42,267 bases of DNA from a virus (lineage: Duplodnaviria > Caudoviricetes), in the IMG/VR virus record IMGVR_UViG_3300012232_000025, positions 1 through 42,267 of that record; one strand, given 5' to 3'. Within the stretch, counting starts at the first letter, position 1. Each line of letters starts with the position of its first letter. The translations under genes and the position numbers were made by a program. This document shows positions 7,656 through 15,696 of this stretch, piece by piece. Below the pieces are notes generated by a model. It was not told the origin of the DNA. It made no database searches and was given only the letters and a program-made list of their open reading frames with translations.

Positions 7656-9163
7656 GCCCGTACCTCCTTCATGAATTTCCTGAACTCGACGATGGAGGCC
7701 GTGTCCGGGCTTGGGTGACCGAGCCGGCTGAGCAACTCGCGCTGGGCGGGTGAAGCCAGGGTGAGCGTCTGCCCCCGGAAATGGATGTCGAGCAGCTTGG
7801 ATGCGTGGCCGCGCCCGCGAACGGTCGCCGGGTCGATGCCCGCGCGCTTCAGTACAAACGCCTGCTTTTCGGTGATCAGCTTAGTCTCCCAGGCCATCAC
7901 CGGCTCGTACTCGGCGACCGCGAGTTCGTGATGCTTCAGCGCGAATTCCTCGGCCGTGATGTACTTGCCCTTGCGCGTGGCCATCTCCTGTAACTTCTTC
8001 AGGAGCTTCTCCTCGCGCTGCGACGCCGCGTCGCTGGCTGCCTCCAGCAAATCCACCTCGCCGCCTGCCGCATCGTGCTCGGCGATCTCTGTGATCGCGT
8101 CCGCTTCCTCGTCGCTCGACGCGATCAGATTCGCCGGCCGCGCGAGCGAGTGCCGTTCATGCATCCAGAGCATGTCGAGGATCAGCAGGTTGTCCTTGAG
8201 CGGCTCGATGCGCGTCCCGCGGCCGACCATCTGCGCGTACAACGGCCGGCTCCGGGTCGGGCGCAGGACCAGGACGCAGTCGATGCCGGGATCATCGAAG
8301 CCCTCGGTCAGCAGCATGGCGTTGCTGAGAATGTCCCAGTCCCACGCTGCAAAGCGTTCCAGCTTCGACGCCCGCTCGGGATCGTACCCGTCGACGTGCT
8401 CGGCCCTGAGCCCGGCGCGCCTGCACGCCGCCGCGAACTTTTTCGAGGTCGCGATGAGCGGCAGGAACGCCAGCGTCCGCCGACCGGCCGCGTGCCGCTT
8501 CAGTTCCTCGGCGATCTGGTCGAGGTAGGGATCGAGCGCATCGCCAAGCTCGCCGGCGTCGAGGTCGCCAGCGGTCGACTTCACGCGGGACAAGTCGATC
8601 TGGAGCGGCACCGTGCGGATCGTGATCGGCGCCAGGTAACCGTCCTTGATGAGGTCGACCAGGCGCACCTCGGCGGCGACCCGCTCGAAGTAAGTGCCCA
8701 GCTCGCGCTTGTCGCCACGGTCGGGGGTCGCCGTAACCCCGAGCACGTTGGCGTGCATATCGAAGTGCCGCAGGACCCGCTGCCACGAATCGCTGATCGC
8801 ATGGTGCGCCTCGTCGCACACGACCAGGTCGAAGTGATTCTCCGGCCAGCGCAACAGGCGTTCGGATTTCAGAGTCTGGACCGAGGCAACGACGACCCGG
8901 GCGCTGGGGTCGGCCCATCGCTCAGCCTTCTCGACTGAGGCACGGATCCCGGTTGCGCGCTGAATCTTGTCCGCGGCCTGCCCGATGAGTTCCTCGCGAT
9001 GCGCCAGGACGAGCGTCCGCCGCACGTCCATTGAAGCGGCGAGGGCGGCGAAGATGATGGTCTTGCCGCCCCCGGTTGGAACCACGCCCAACTGCTTGGA
9101 TGACTCACCCCAGCCGGATTCGACGGCCTTCGTGACCTCGAGTTGGTAGGGGCGCAGCTTCAT
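7652..9163 (-). CDS. Superfamily 2 DEAH helicase (RadD/IRC3-like)
   Basis: LRPYQ, PTGGGKT, DEAHH, TATP, LTEGFD, QMVGRGTR motifs. Confidence 0.93.
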   Translation of the reverse strand: MKLRPYQLEVTKAVESGWGESSKQLGVVPTGGGKTIIFAALAASMDVRRTLVLAHREELIGQAADKIQRATGIRASVEKAERWADPSARVVVASVQTLKSERLLRWPENHFDLVVCDEAHHAISDSWQRVLRHFDMHANVLGVTATPDRGDKRELGTYFERVAAEVRLVDLIKDGYLAPITIRTVPLQIDLSRVKSTAGDLDAGELGDALDPYLDQIAEELKRHAAGRRTLAFLPLIATSKKFAAACRRAGLRAEHVDGYDPERASKLERFAAWDWDILSNAMLLTEGFDDPGIDCVLVLRPTRSRPLYAQMVGRGTRIEPLKDNLLILDMLWMHERHSLARPANLIASSDEEADAITEIAEHDAAGGEVDLLEAASDAASQREEKLLKKLQEMATRKGKYITAEEFALKHHELAVAEYEPVMAWETKLITEKQAFVLKRAGIDPATVRGRGHASKLLDIHFRGQTLTLASPAQRELLSRLGHPSPDTASIVEFRKFMKEVRA

Positions 9164-9168
9164 CTCAG

Positions 9169-9651
9169 TCAGAACGGAATATCATCCTCGTCACCAGGCG
9201 TGACTGCAGGAGCCTCGGCGGACTTCGCCGGTCGCACCGGCTCCAGCTTCGGCTTGTCCGTGTAGAAGATGCTGACCTTGTTGCGCTTCTTGCCGTTGTA
9301 CTCGTCGACGACGAGCCGCGCCCACACCCGCAGCCCGAACGGGTCGACGAACGCCACCCCAGCCCTCGCGGCCCGGTCGGCGGTGAATTCGTACGCGGCA
9401 CCTTTCGGGGGCGCGACGCCGGCAGCCTTCACGAACAAGTCGAGCTTCCACGCGGTTGCCTCGTGATCGATGAGGTTCTCCCACACCCTCCCCGACTTGC
9501 CCTCGATCTCGAACTCGACTTCGTACTGGTCAGCGCCTGCGGTCTTGCCGCCCTTGCTCAGGCCGACGTCGAACTCGACGACCCGCAGGATGTAATCGCC
9601 CTCGGGCTGCGGTTCGAACCGCCTGGCCTCGCTGTCGTTGAATCGTGGCAT
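9169..9651 (-). CDS. DUF669-like single-stranded DNA-binding protein
   Basis: PEGDY...; acidic DEDDIPF C-terminal tail; ATG at 9651. Confidence 0.8.
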   Translation of the reverse strand: MPRFNDSEARRFEPQPEGDYILRVVEFDVGLSKGGKTAGADQYEVEFEIEGKSGRVWENLIDHEATAWKLDLFVKAAGVAPPKGAAYEFTADRAARAGVAFVDPFGLRVWARLVVDEYNGKKRNKVSIFYTDKPKLEPVRPAKSAEAPAVTPGDEDDIPF

Positions 9652-9655
9652 CTGA

Positions 9656-10645
9656 CTATTCCTTCGCGGCTCTGAGGTAGCTGATGGACGGCGTGCGCCG
9701 CATTGCGTCGCCGAGCTTTGTTTCAAGGTCGCGCTCCGCGGGCGCCTTCTTCATGCCGTGGAATCCGGCGAAGGCCTCGACCAGTTTGGTGAAGCTGATT
9801 TTGCAGGCGGCGAGGAAATCGCCCTGCGGCAGTCCGGTGAGTCCGAACGCCTGGTTGATGTCGGGGATCTCGCGGTTGCCGGCGCGTGTCACGGGCGCGA
9901 AGCCGGTCGGGAGGACCCCCTTCTTGAAGGCCATGTCCTTGGCTGCGGCTTCGACGGCCTCGCACCAGTCCTTCACGACGCGGGCGGTGCGCAGGGCATC
10001 CCCCATGGCATCCGCGGTGTCGATCGTCTCGGCGGGCTTGCCGACCTGAGCCTTCTGGACCTGCTCGATGACCGCCGGACATGTGAGCCGGTTCGCGCAC
10101 CAGCCGCAATAACTGCACGCCGACGGCTTTTTGTCCGGCGCATTGGCGCGGTCGATGATCGGGAACACGACGCCCTCGGCGGATTCAACCGAGAACTCGA
10201 GGACCTCAGCCCGCTTGTGCAGCGCGTAGAGGATGTGAACCTTGACTGGGTCGTGCCCGATCATCAGCGAGTAGGCCGCCATCTGCGGGCCGTAATCGCT
10301 GACGTCATCCCGCCATTTGAGGTCAAACAGAACGGGGCCGCACACCACATCCGGCGTTCCGCGGACCTCGAGGAAATCCGGCCCGAGGAACGCGCCCTTC
10401 GTCTCGCGCTCCAACGGGTACTCGGACGTTGGCGCATGGGTGCGGATATATTCGCCCGCCCACTCGACGCCAGCGCGGTCGACCTCGTCGAGGTCCTCGA
10501 GCGCCGACACGTCACCGCCGAGATACCGAAATAACGCGTCGTGTCGCAGCGTTCCTGCCGCCTTGTCGTCCTCGCCCGTTGTCTGGTCGGCCGTGAAGCA
10601 CGGGCACGCCTGGAGCGCCGGGAGTGATGAAGGGCGCACGCTCAT
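9656..10645 (-). CDS. Cas4-like/DUF2800 PD-(D/E)XK exonuclease with probable Fe-S cysteines
   Basis: RPSSL...CP, GTLRH, GTPD...DLKW, QMAAYS, CSYCGWCANRLTCP. Confidence 0.82.
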   Translation of the reverse strand: MSVRPSSLPALQACPCFTADQTTGEDDKAAGTLRHDALFRYLGGDVSALEDLDEVDRAGVEWAGEYIRTHAPTSEYPLERETKGAFLGPDFLEVRGTPDVVCGPVLFDLKWRDDVSDYGPQMAAYSLMIGHDPVKVHILYALHKRAEVLEFSVESAEGVVFPIIDRANAPDKKPSACSYCGWCANRLTCPAVIEQVQKAQVGKPAETIDTADAMGDALRTARVVKDWCEAVEAAAKDMAFKKGVLPTGFAPVTRAGNREIPDINQAFGLTGLPQGDFLAACKISFTKLVEAFAGFHGMKKAPAERDLETKLGDAMRRTPSISYLRAAKE

Positions 10646-11508
10646 TTCGCCACCATATCAATGGCCGAAATGAATCGGTCGACCCGCGCCAGAATCTGGT
10701 TCGCGCGCTTCAGCGGGAGCTGGTCGAACTGCTCGCCTTCGGCCAGCCAGCCGACCTTTTTGCAATACACGGTCGCAGCTGGGATCCGCTCTCCGCCGAT
10801 GGCGGCGACGAGCTTCTCCTGGATGTCAGTCGGGAGGCTGGGCGACTCGCTTGCAGGAGGCGGTGGCGTCGGCGGGACTGGGGCGGCGGCATCAACGACC
10901 GGCGTGGCCTCGATGTTGACGACGGTTGCGCTGGCCGCGTCGGGTGTCGGCGTGGACGGCGGTGCAGCGATGGCACCGAGATTGATCTGAGCTACCGGCG
11001 CCGGGCTCTTTTCCTCGTCGTACTCGCCCGCGTAAATCTCCGGGCACAGCATCCCGAGCGCGTTCGAGATGAGCCGGGCGCGGAGCATGTTTGCAGGGTT
11101 GCGCTGCCAGCCGCTCTTGTCCTTCACCAGGCCGGCGGTCTTTGCCTGATCCATGGTGAACGCAAGCCGGACGGTCTGACCCTCGAAGGTGAATTCCGCC
11201 TCTGCCTTGAGGCCATCCTCGCCAGTCGCGATCCACTTCACTTTCCCGTCGCGCTTGCGGAAATCAGCGAAAGCGGCCATCGCCTTCTTGCGCAGCTTCC
11301 CCTCGCAGATGTCGTAGGTGCGCGAGAATTCGACGGGCGAGATGCCTTCCGAGATGCAGGTCAGGGCGAGGATGGCCCCCTGCTCGACGCGGTCGCACCC
11401 AAAGAGACCGGACCTGGCGAACCACTGGGCGGCCTTGTCGATGGCATCCGTTGGATTGGGGGAACGGCTGACAATGATTCCAAGTGACTGGTGATATTCG
11501 GGATTCAT
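10642..11508 (-). CDS. RecT/Redbeta-like single-strand annealing protein
   Basis: FTMDQAKTAGL...GWQRNPANMLRARLIS...CPEIYAGEYDEE; Pro-rich linker; adjacent to the exonuclease. Confidence 0.78.
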   Translation of the reverse strand: MNPEYHQSLGIIVSRSPNPTDAIDKAAQWFARSGLFGCDRVEQGAILALTCISEGISPVEFSRTYDICEGKLRKKAMAAFADFRKRDGKVKWIATGEDGLKAEAEFTFEGQTVRLAFTMDQAKTAGLVKDKSGWQRNPANMLRARLISNALGMLCPEIYAGEYDEEKSPAPVAQINLGAIAAPPSTPTPDAASATVVNIEATPVVDAAAPVPPTPPPPASESPSLPTDIQEKLVAAIGGERIPAATVYCKKVGWLAEGEQFDQLPLKRANQILARVDRFISAIDMVAK

Positions 11509-11514
11509 TTGTGA

Positions 11515-11679
11515 TTACTGGGTTGGGCGGCGCGTGCGCCGGCCGCATTCCTCGAGGATGAAGTTGTGGAGCGAGGCCTCACGGCAATCTGGCGAGCTGT
11601 CGAAGCTGTCCAGTGCGCGCTGAGTGCATTGGCCCCGCTCCAAAAACTGGGCCAGCTCATGGGTTGTCCACCGGGGCAT
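11515..11679 (-). CDS. Small hypothetical protein (54 aa, below the ORF-track cutoff)
   Basis: Translated by hand: MPRWTTHELAQFLERGQCTQRALDSFDSSPDCREASLHNFILEECGRRTRRPTQ; fills the gap, stop 6 nt before the recombinase ATG. Confidence 0.45.
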   Translation of the reverse strand: MPRWTTHELAQFLERGQCTQRALDSFDSSPDCREASLHNFILEECGRRTRRPTQ

Positions 11680-11923
11680 TGACGGCAGGTGTCGGTGATT
11701 GCCCGTTCGGGTTGGCCTGCGTTCGCGTCGCGATGGTGGCGATCTCCAGGGCGATCACGGCAATGTCTGGCGGGGCCGAATCGAGGATTCGGAGAAGTCG
11801 CGTTGCCAGACTCACGGCCGCGCGATGCCGGTTCAGGTAATCGAACTTGGAAAAGAGCTCGGCTTGGCTCACTCGGGTTCTGGTCACCGGCTCACTGGCA
11901 GGCTGGCGAGTTTTGCTGGGCAT
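11657..11923 (-). CDS. Hypothetical protein
   Basis: Amphipathic helical core; A/C-rich leader before ATG. Confidence 0.55.
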   Translation of the reverse strand: MPSKTRQPASEPVTRTRVSQAELFSKFDYLNRHRAAVSLATRLLRILDSAPPDIAVIALEIATIATRTQANPNGQSPTPAVNAPVDNP

Positions 11924-11955
11924 GGTCGGTTTGGTTTTGGGCAGGTGGTTGCGTT

Positions 11956-11985
11956 GCGGAGGGTGGACGCCTCCGTTCGTTTTTT
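11956..11985 (+). terminator. Intrinsic terminator-like hairpin in antisense orientation
   Basis: GCGGAGG/CCTCCGT stem followed by TCGTTTTTT on the plus strand. Confidence 0.45.
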
Positions 11986-12282
11986 CGTTCTCGGGTCCGG
12001 CGATCGGCTACGACTGCACTGGCGGGGGGCTGAAATTGTCGTCCTCCCGCCGCTGACTTGTGGACGTGGCGGGAGGACGTGCCGGGGCTGGGGGAGGCGG
12101 GATCTCCTCCCCGTTGGCCGCGCCGGCAAAAGGGGTTTCGCCAGGGTCCGGGCCCGGTTGCGGGTCCTGGTCGGATTGGCGGAGCCACACGCGAGGCTTC
12201 CCGTCAGCACCACGGCCGCCGGGTTGCGGGATGCGGCCGCGCCGGCTCCGGTAGAATCGCGGGCGGTTCATAACGGGCTGCC

Positions 12283-12519
12283 CTACGAGAGCAGGATCAC
12301 GGGTTCCCGTCGGGAGATCGGGCGGCCGCGCTTGCGCTTCGGCTCGCTCGCTTGCTGAACGCAGGCCTCCACTTCAGAACGCAGGACGAGGAGGCGGGTG
12401 CCGTCGTAATGGCGCTTGAAGCGGCCGTCGGCGAAGCGGCCATGAATCTCTGACACGGAGCAACGGAGGTACTCAGCCGCTTCCCGCGCCGTCATCCAGG
12501 GCGAAGGGCAATCGTTCAT
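12283..12519 (-). CDS. xis: Excisionase-like HTH_17 protein
   Basis: WMTAREAAEYLRCSVSEI...GRFKRHYDGTRLLVLRSEVEA; near the integrase. Confidence 0.75.
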   Translation of the reverse strand: MNDCPSPWMTAREAAEYLRCSVSEIHGRFADGRFKRHYDGTRLLVLRSEVEACVQQASEPKRKRGRPISRREPVILLS

Positions 12520-12785
12520 GCGGCCTTCGCCAGTTGCCGTTTTTCACGAAGTCGAATCGTCAGGAGTGCCGACCCCATCTTGACTTCGAGGATTCCGTCC
12601 ACGTCGGCCTTTTCGAGAAACACCTCGCAGGCGCTTCGTCCCAAGTCCGAAACCGAAACTTCCGCGCGTCTGGCAATTTCCTCGAACCGGCTTTTCAGGT
12701 CATCACCGACCCTGATGTTCAACCACTTGTCCCCCCTCTTTTCCTTGGCAGGGGATGCGTCTCCTCGACCTTCCCTGGGCTTCAT
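12516..12785 (-). CDS. Ribbon-helix-helix regulator (first early gene, Cro-equivalent position)
   Basis: WLNIRVGDDLKSRFEEIARRAEVSVSDLGRSACE is a CopG/Arc-type RHH; ATG at 12785. Confidence 0.75.
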   Translation of the reverse strand: MKPREGRGDASPAKEKRGDKWLNIRVGDDLKSRFEEIARRAEVSVSDLGRSACEVFLEKADVDGILEVKMGSALLTIRLREKRQLAKAA

Positions 12786-12842
12786 GGAGTTTTTAGTAGC
12801 TTTTAGCTCCCAAATGGAGCAACAGAAAAACCGTGAGAAGTT
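12786..12842. promoter_or_regulatory. Divergent switch region with candidate operators
   Basis: 57-nt AT-rich gap; TTTTAG repeated at 10-bp spacing (12791, 12801); inverted repeat GCTCC-N5-GGAGC (12806-12820). Confidence 0.55.
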
Positions 12843-13178
12843 GTGAGGCGAAAAGCAAAGAATGCCCGGTTGCGACCGGCAAAACCAATCAAGGTCCAAG
12901 TCGACGAGAAGTATCGTCAGAACCTGGACGAGTTCATGACGCAGACGGGATGGTCCGGCGCCCGGGCCGTGAACCGCTGGATCGGAATGGGCATCAGGGA
13001 GGACCAGAAGGCGGGCGGGTTGCACATCCACTTAAAGCTTTCACCTCTGCCGGAGGGGGACTCTACCGACATAATCCAACCAGCTCCTGGTACGAACGCC
13101 CTTGGGTTGACGGAAAGCGCACCTGGCGAAAGCTCCAAGCCCTCACCCCAAAACAAGCCAGGGAAGAAATCGCCCTGA
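12843..13178 (+). CDS. Ribbon-helix-helix regulator (repressor position), overlapping the integrase
   Basis: KPIKVQVDEKYRQNLDEFMTQTGWSGARAVNRWIGMGI has RHH patterning; its last ~47 codons overlap the integrase in another frame. Confidence 0.6.
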   Translation: MRRKAKNARLRPAKPIKVQVDEKYRQNLDEFMTQTGWSGARAVNRWIGMGIREDQKAGGLHIHLKLSPLPEGDSTDIIQPAPGTNALGLTESAPGESSKPSPQNKPGKKSP

Positions 13179-14209
13179 AACGCGCCGACCAGGCGCGTAG
13201 CCGGCTGGGACTGGCGATCAACCCGTATGCCGGCGGCCAGACCATCGCCGCCATCCTTGATGCCTACGAGCGTGCTGGGTTTCCGGACAAGCACCGTCAG
13301 GGACGAAGTGAGAAGGCCCGCGCCGAAGAGCAACGCCGGACCGGCAGCCTCCGCCGGATTATCGGCGAGGAACCAATTGCGTCATTGAGTGCTCCGGTTT
13401 GCGACCGGTACGCCGATTTCCGCCGCGCGGAACTCAAAGCCATAGGCCGCGATGGATCACGCGCAGTTGACTTGGAGATTCAGGCCTTGAGCAATGCCCT
13501 CAATTACGCCCAGCGCACGGGCATGGCTATTGCCAACCCCATCCGCCACGGTCGACCTCGGTATCACCGGGCGAGCCGGGCGCGACACGCGCGGGACTGC
13601 AGTCCGGCATCGGGGAATGAGCTGCACCTCCTGGCGCGCACCCTGGCCGAAGACCCGCGGGGGGAAGTCCTCGCCTGGCAACTCCTCTTCTCCGCCCTGA
13701 CCGGCTGTCGGACGAGCGAGATTCTCCGGCTGCGGACCGACGCCGCGCCACGCAAGCCCGGGTTCATCGAGGGCGACTGGCTCTGGATCGAGCGGAGCAA
13801 GAATGGCGTCAACCCCTTCGTCGTCATCCATCCGGATCTGCGGGCCTGCATCGAAGGTCACAGGAAATGGCTCGCTGCCCTGCCCGAGAAATGGCGCGGA
13901 CCATGGTGGTTCCCCAGTCGACGGGTCCCCGGCCAGCCTACGGAGACGACGAGCCTCTCTCATGCCTTGTATCGAGTGGCGCCTGCCCTTGGGCTCGGAG
14001 ATCGGACGGCGCACGGACTCCGCGCCTACTTCGTAACCGTCCGCCGATCGCAGGGCATTTCCGACGGACAAATTGCCGCCGAGATCGGGGACAAGACCTC
14101 GTCGCTCATCGCGACGACCTACGGTCAGGTGCCGCCGGGCTGGCGGGGTGGGCCGGAGCTTTGCTGGATTCCGACCGACGGCAATCCGGCATTCTGGGAG
14201 GCAGCGTGA
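13031..14209 (+). CDS. int: Tyrosine recombinase (integrase); start uncertain, frame open from 12833
   Basis: Arm-binding-like N-terminus GLYRH...WYERPWVDGKRTWRKL; TGCRTSE (R), SKNG (K), HGLR, TTYG (Y). Confidence 0.9.
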   Translation, partial: LKAFTSAGGGLYRHNPTSSWYERPWVDGKRTWRKLQALTPKQAREEIALKRADQARSRLGLAINPYAGGQTIAAILDAYERAGFPDKHRQGRSEKARAEEQRRTGSLRRIIGEEPIASLSAPVCDRYADFRRAELKAIGRDGSRAVDLEIQALSNALNYAQRTGMAIANPIRHGRPRYHRASRARHARDCSPASGNELHLLARTLAEDPRGEVLAWQLLFSALTGCRTSEILRLRTDAAPRKPGFIEGDWLWIERSKNGVNPFVVIHPDLRACIEGHRKWLAALPEKWRGPWWFPSRRVPGQPTETTSLSHALYRVAPALGLGDRTAHGLRAYFVTVRRSQGISDGQIAAEIGDKTSSLIATTYGQVPPGWRGGPELCWIPTDGNPAFWEAA

Positions 14210-14688
14210 AGGATCATAATCGGAGGCACGCGTTTCCCGATGGGAGCGTCCTGCAACTCATCGATCTCGACGGAGACCAACGGGACCAAGCGGGAGCCTT
14301 CCTCGCGGACCTGTTCTCAATGGCCACCGCGGAAATGCGCCGGGATGGAACCTCCCGCGTCATTTTGGCCGACGGCCGGAAAGGGGCCACCCCTTGCTTC
14401 CTGAGCTACCACCGCAACCAGCCCGACCCGGACGATAACGGCTGGATGCTGATGACGGCCAGCCGCACGCATTCTCAAGCTGCGTTCATCGTGGATTACG
14501 CCTTCAACCAGCAGGTCCTCCCGAGCGGCCCCGGGGAGCCCGCCCCGATGCACTTCCACTTCGAGGAGGCGGGCTGGCAAAAGCGGATGCTGGCAGCCGT
14601 CCACGCCTGGAATTCCTATGCCGTCTCGTGCTGCCGCCCTCCCCTCCAATGGCCGGGATTGCCGGCCGGAATGAGACCAAGTGAGTGA
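14206..14688 (+). CDS. Hypothetical protein translationally coupled to the integrase
   Basis: GTG at 14206 overlaps the int TGA, with GGAGG upstream; 160 aa globular-looking sequence. Confidence 0.7.
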   Translation: MKDHNRRHAFPDGSVLQLIDLDGDQRDQAGAFLADLFSMATAEMRRDGTSRVILADGRKGATPCFLSYHRNQPDPDDNGWMLMTASRTHSQAAFIVDYAFNQQVLPSGPGEPAPMHFHFEEAGWQKRMLAAVHAWNSYAVSCCRPPLQWPGLPAGMRPSE

Positions 14689-14705
14689 GCAGTCAGATGC
14701 TTTTC

Positions 14706-14945
14706 TATAGTCCACTCCATATACCAGTAGTCCCCCGAAATGCGCTTCCAGCACGCAGCACCCATTTCAGTAAACGCCAATGATTCCGCGGGTTTCGTGC
14801 GAACACTCGCAGGCCGAAAAACCTCTGTTCTGCCTACGGATCAGAAGGTTCCTGGTTCAAATCCAGGCGGATGCGCCAGTCCCCCAAGCATTTACGACAA
14901 AGGCAGCGACCGCCGAAAAAGGAATATAGTCCACTCCGTATACCA
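14706..14945 (+). repeat. 21-bp direct repeats flanking the att core (integrase arm-type sites)
   Basis: TATAGTCCACTCCATATACCA (14706-14726) and TATAGTCCACTCCGTATACCA (14925-14945), one mismatch. Confidence 0.75.
14834..14878 (+). other. attP core = 3' half of tRNA-Arg(ACG)
   Basis: Anticodon loop CTACGGA, T-arm CCTGG-TTCAAAT-CCAGG, acceptor strand CGGATGC-G-CCA; no D-arm or 5' acceptor strand upstream. Confidence 0.88.
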
Positions 14946-15062
14946 CCCCTGCTGCAGGGTTGGTCACTTGGCCGGACGGCGTGTCAGGTGAACGCCGGAC
15001 AGGAGTTTAAGGACATTCGCCGACTGCAAGCGGGCCGCATCAATGCGGCAGGCTGGTTCGAC

Positions 15063-15695
15063 ATGAAAACCTACGTGTTGAATCAAGGCCTCGACTCCCT
15101 CAAGCCGCGGCTCTCGAAACAAATCAGCGACCGCGCGCTCGCCTGGAAAAGCAGCAATGAGATCGGCGGGCTCATCCGCGGTCTTTTGGCTGACGGTGTG
15201 GTCAACCAAAAGGAAGCCGAGTACTTCCGCGAGTGGATGAAGACGAGGGCCGACTCCTTCAGGCAGGATCCGGTGGCGAGTGTGCTGGTCGACCGGCTGA
15301 GTCTCATCTACGCCGATGGAGTTGTGACGGACGAGGAACTTCAGGAATTGCGAACCGTGTTGACGGCGTACGCTGGAGAAGAAAACAAGCCGACGTCGTT
15401 GCCGCTCGATGACCCAGCACCTCAAATTGTTTTCGCCTCCCACGCTTTCTGTTTCACCGGCCCTTTTTCATCCGGCAGCCGGAAATGGTGCCAGGATCAG
15501 GTCATGGCACGAGGAGGCGTCCCGCTGAACAATGTCGTCCTGGATCTTCATTATCTGGTGATCGGTTCGAAGGTAAGCCCCGCGTGGGCGAACACGAGTT
15601 ACGGGCGCAAAATCGAAACCGCAATGAGCTACCGCGACGAACGACGTCTGCCGCTGCGGATCGTGACCGAAGCTCACTGGGCGGCTGCCCTGTAA
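15063..15695 (+). CDS. BRCT domain protein with helical TerB-like N-terminus
   Basis: GLLADGVVNQKEAEYFREW and YADGVVTDEELQEL repeats; FCFTGPFSSGSR...GG...HYLVIGS...SYGRKIETA...IVTEAHW BRCT pattern. Confidence 0.85.
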   Translation: MKTYVLNQGLDSLKPRLSKQISDRALAWKSSNEIGGLIRGLLADGVVNQKEAEYFREWMKTRADSFRQDPVASVLVDRLSLIYADGVVTDEELQELRTVLTAYAGEENKPTSLPLDDPAPQIVFASHAFCFTGPFSSGSRKWCQDQVMARGGVPLNNVVLDLHYLVIGSKVSPAWANTSYGRKIETAMSYRDERRLPLRIVTEAHWAAAL

Positions 15696-15696
15696 G

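Noticed and set aside
9656-10645. CRISPR-Cas system suggested by the Cas4-like nuclease
   Set aside because: No other cas genes or repeat-spacer array; sits in a RecT/SSB recombination module.
12833-13030. Integrase N-terminal extension from GTG 12833
   Set aside because: Low-complexity and overlaps the RHH coding frame; unlikely to be real integrase sequence.
14829-14878. Intact tRNA-Arg gene
   Set aside because: Only the anticodon loop to CCA is present; no D-arm or 5' acceptor strand, so it is an attP core.
15063-15695. NAD-dependent DNA ligase
   Set aside because: Only a BRCT domain is present; no adenylation or OB domains.
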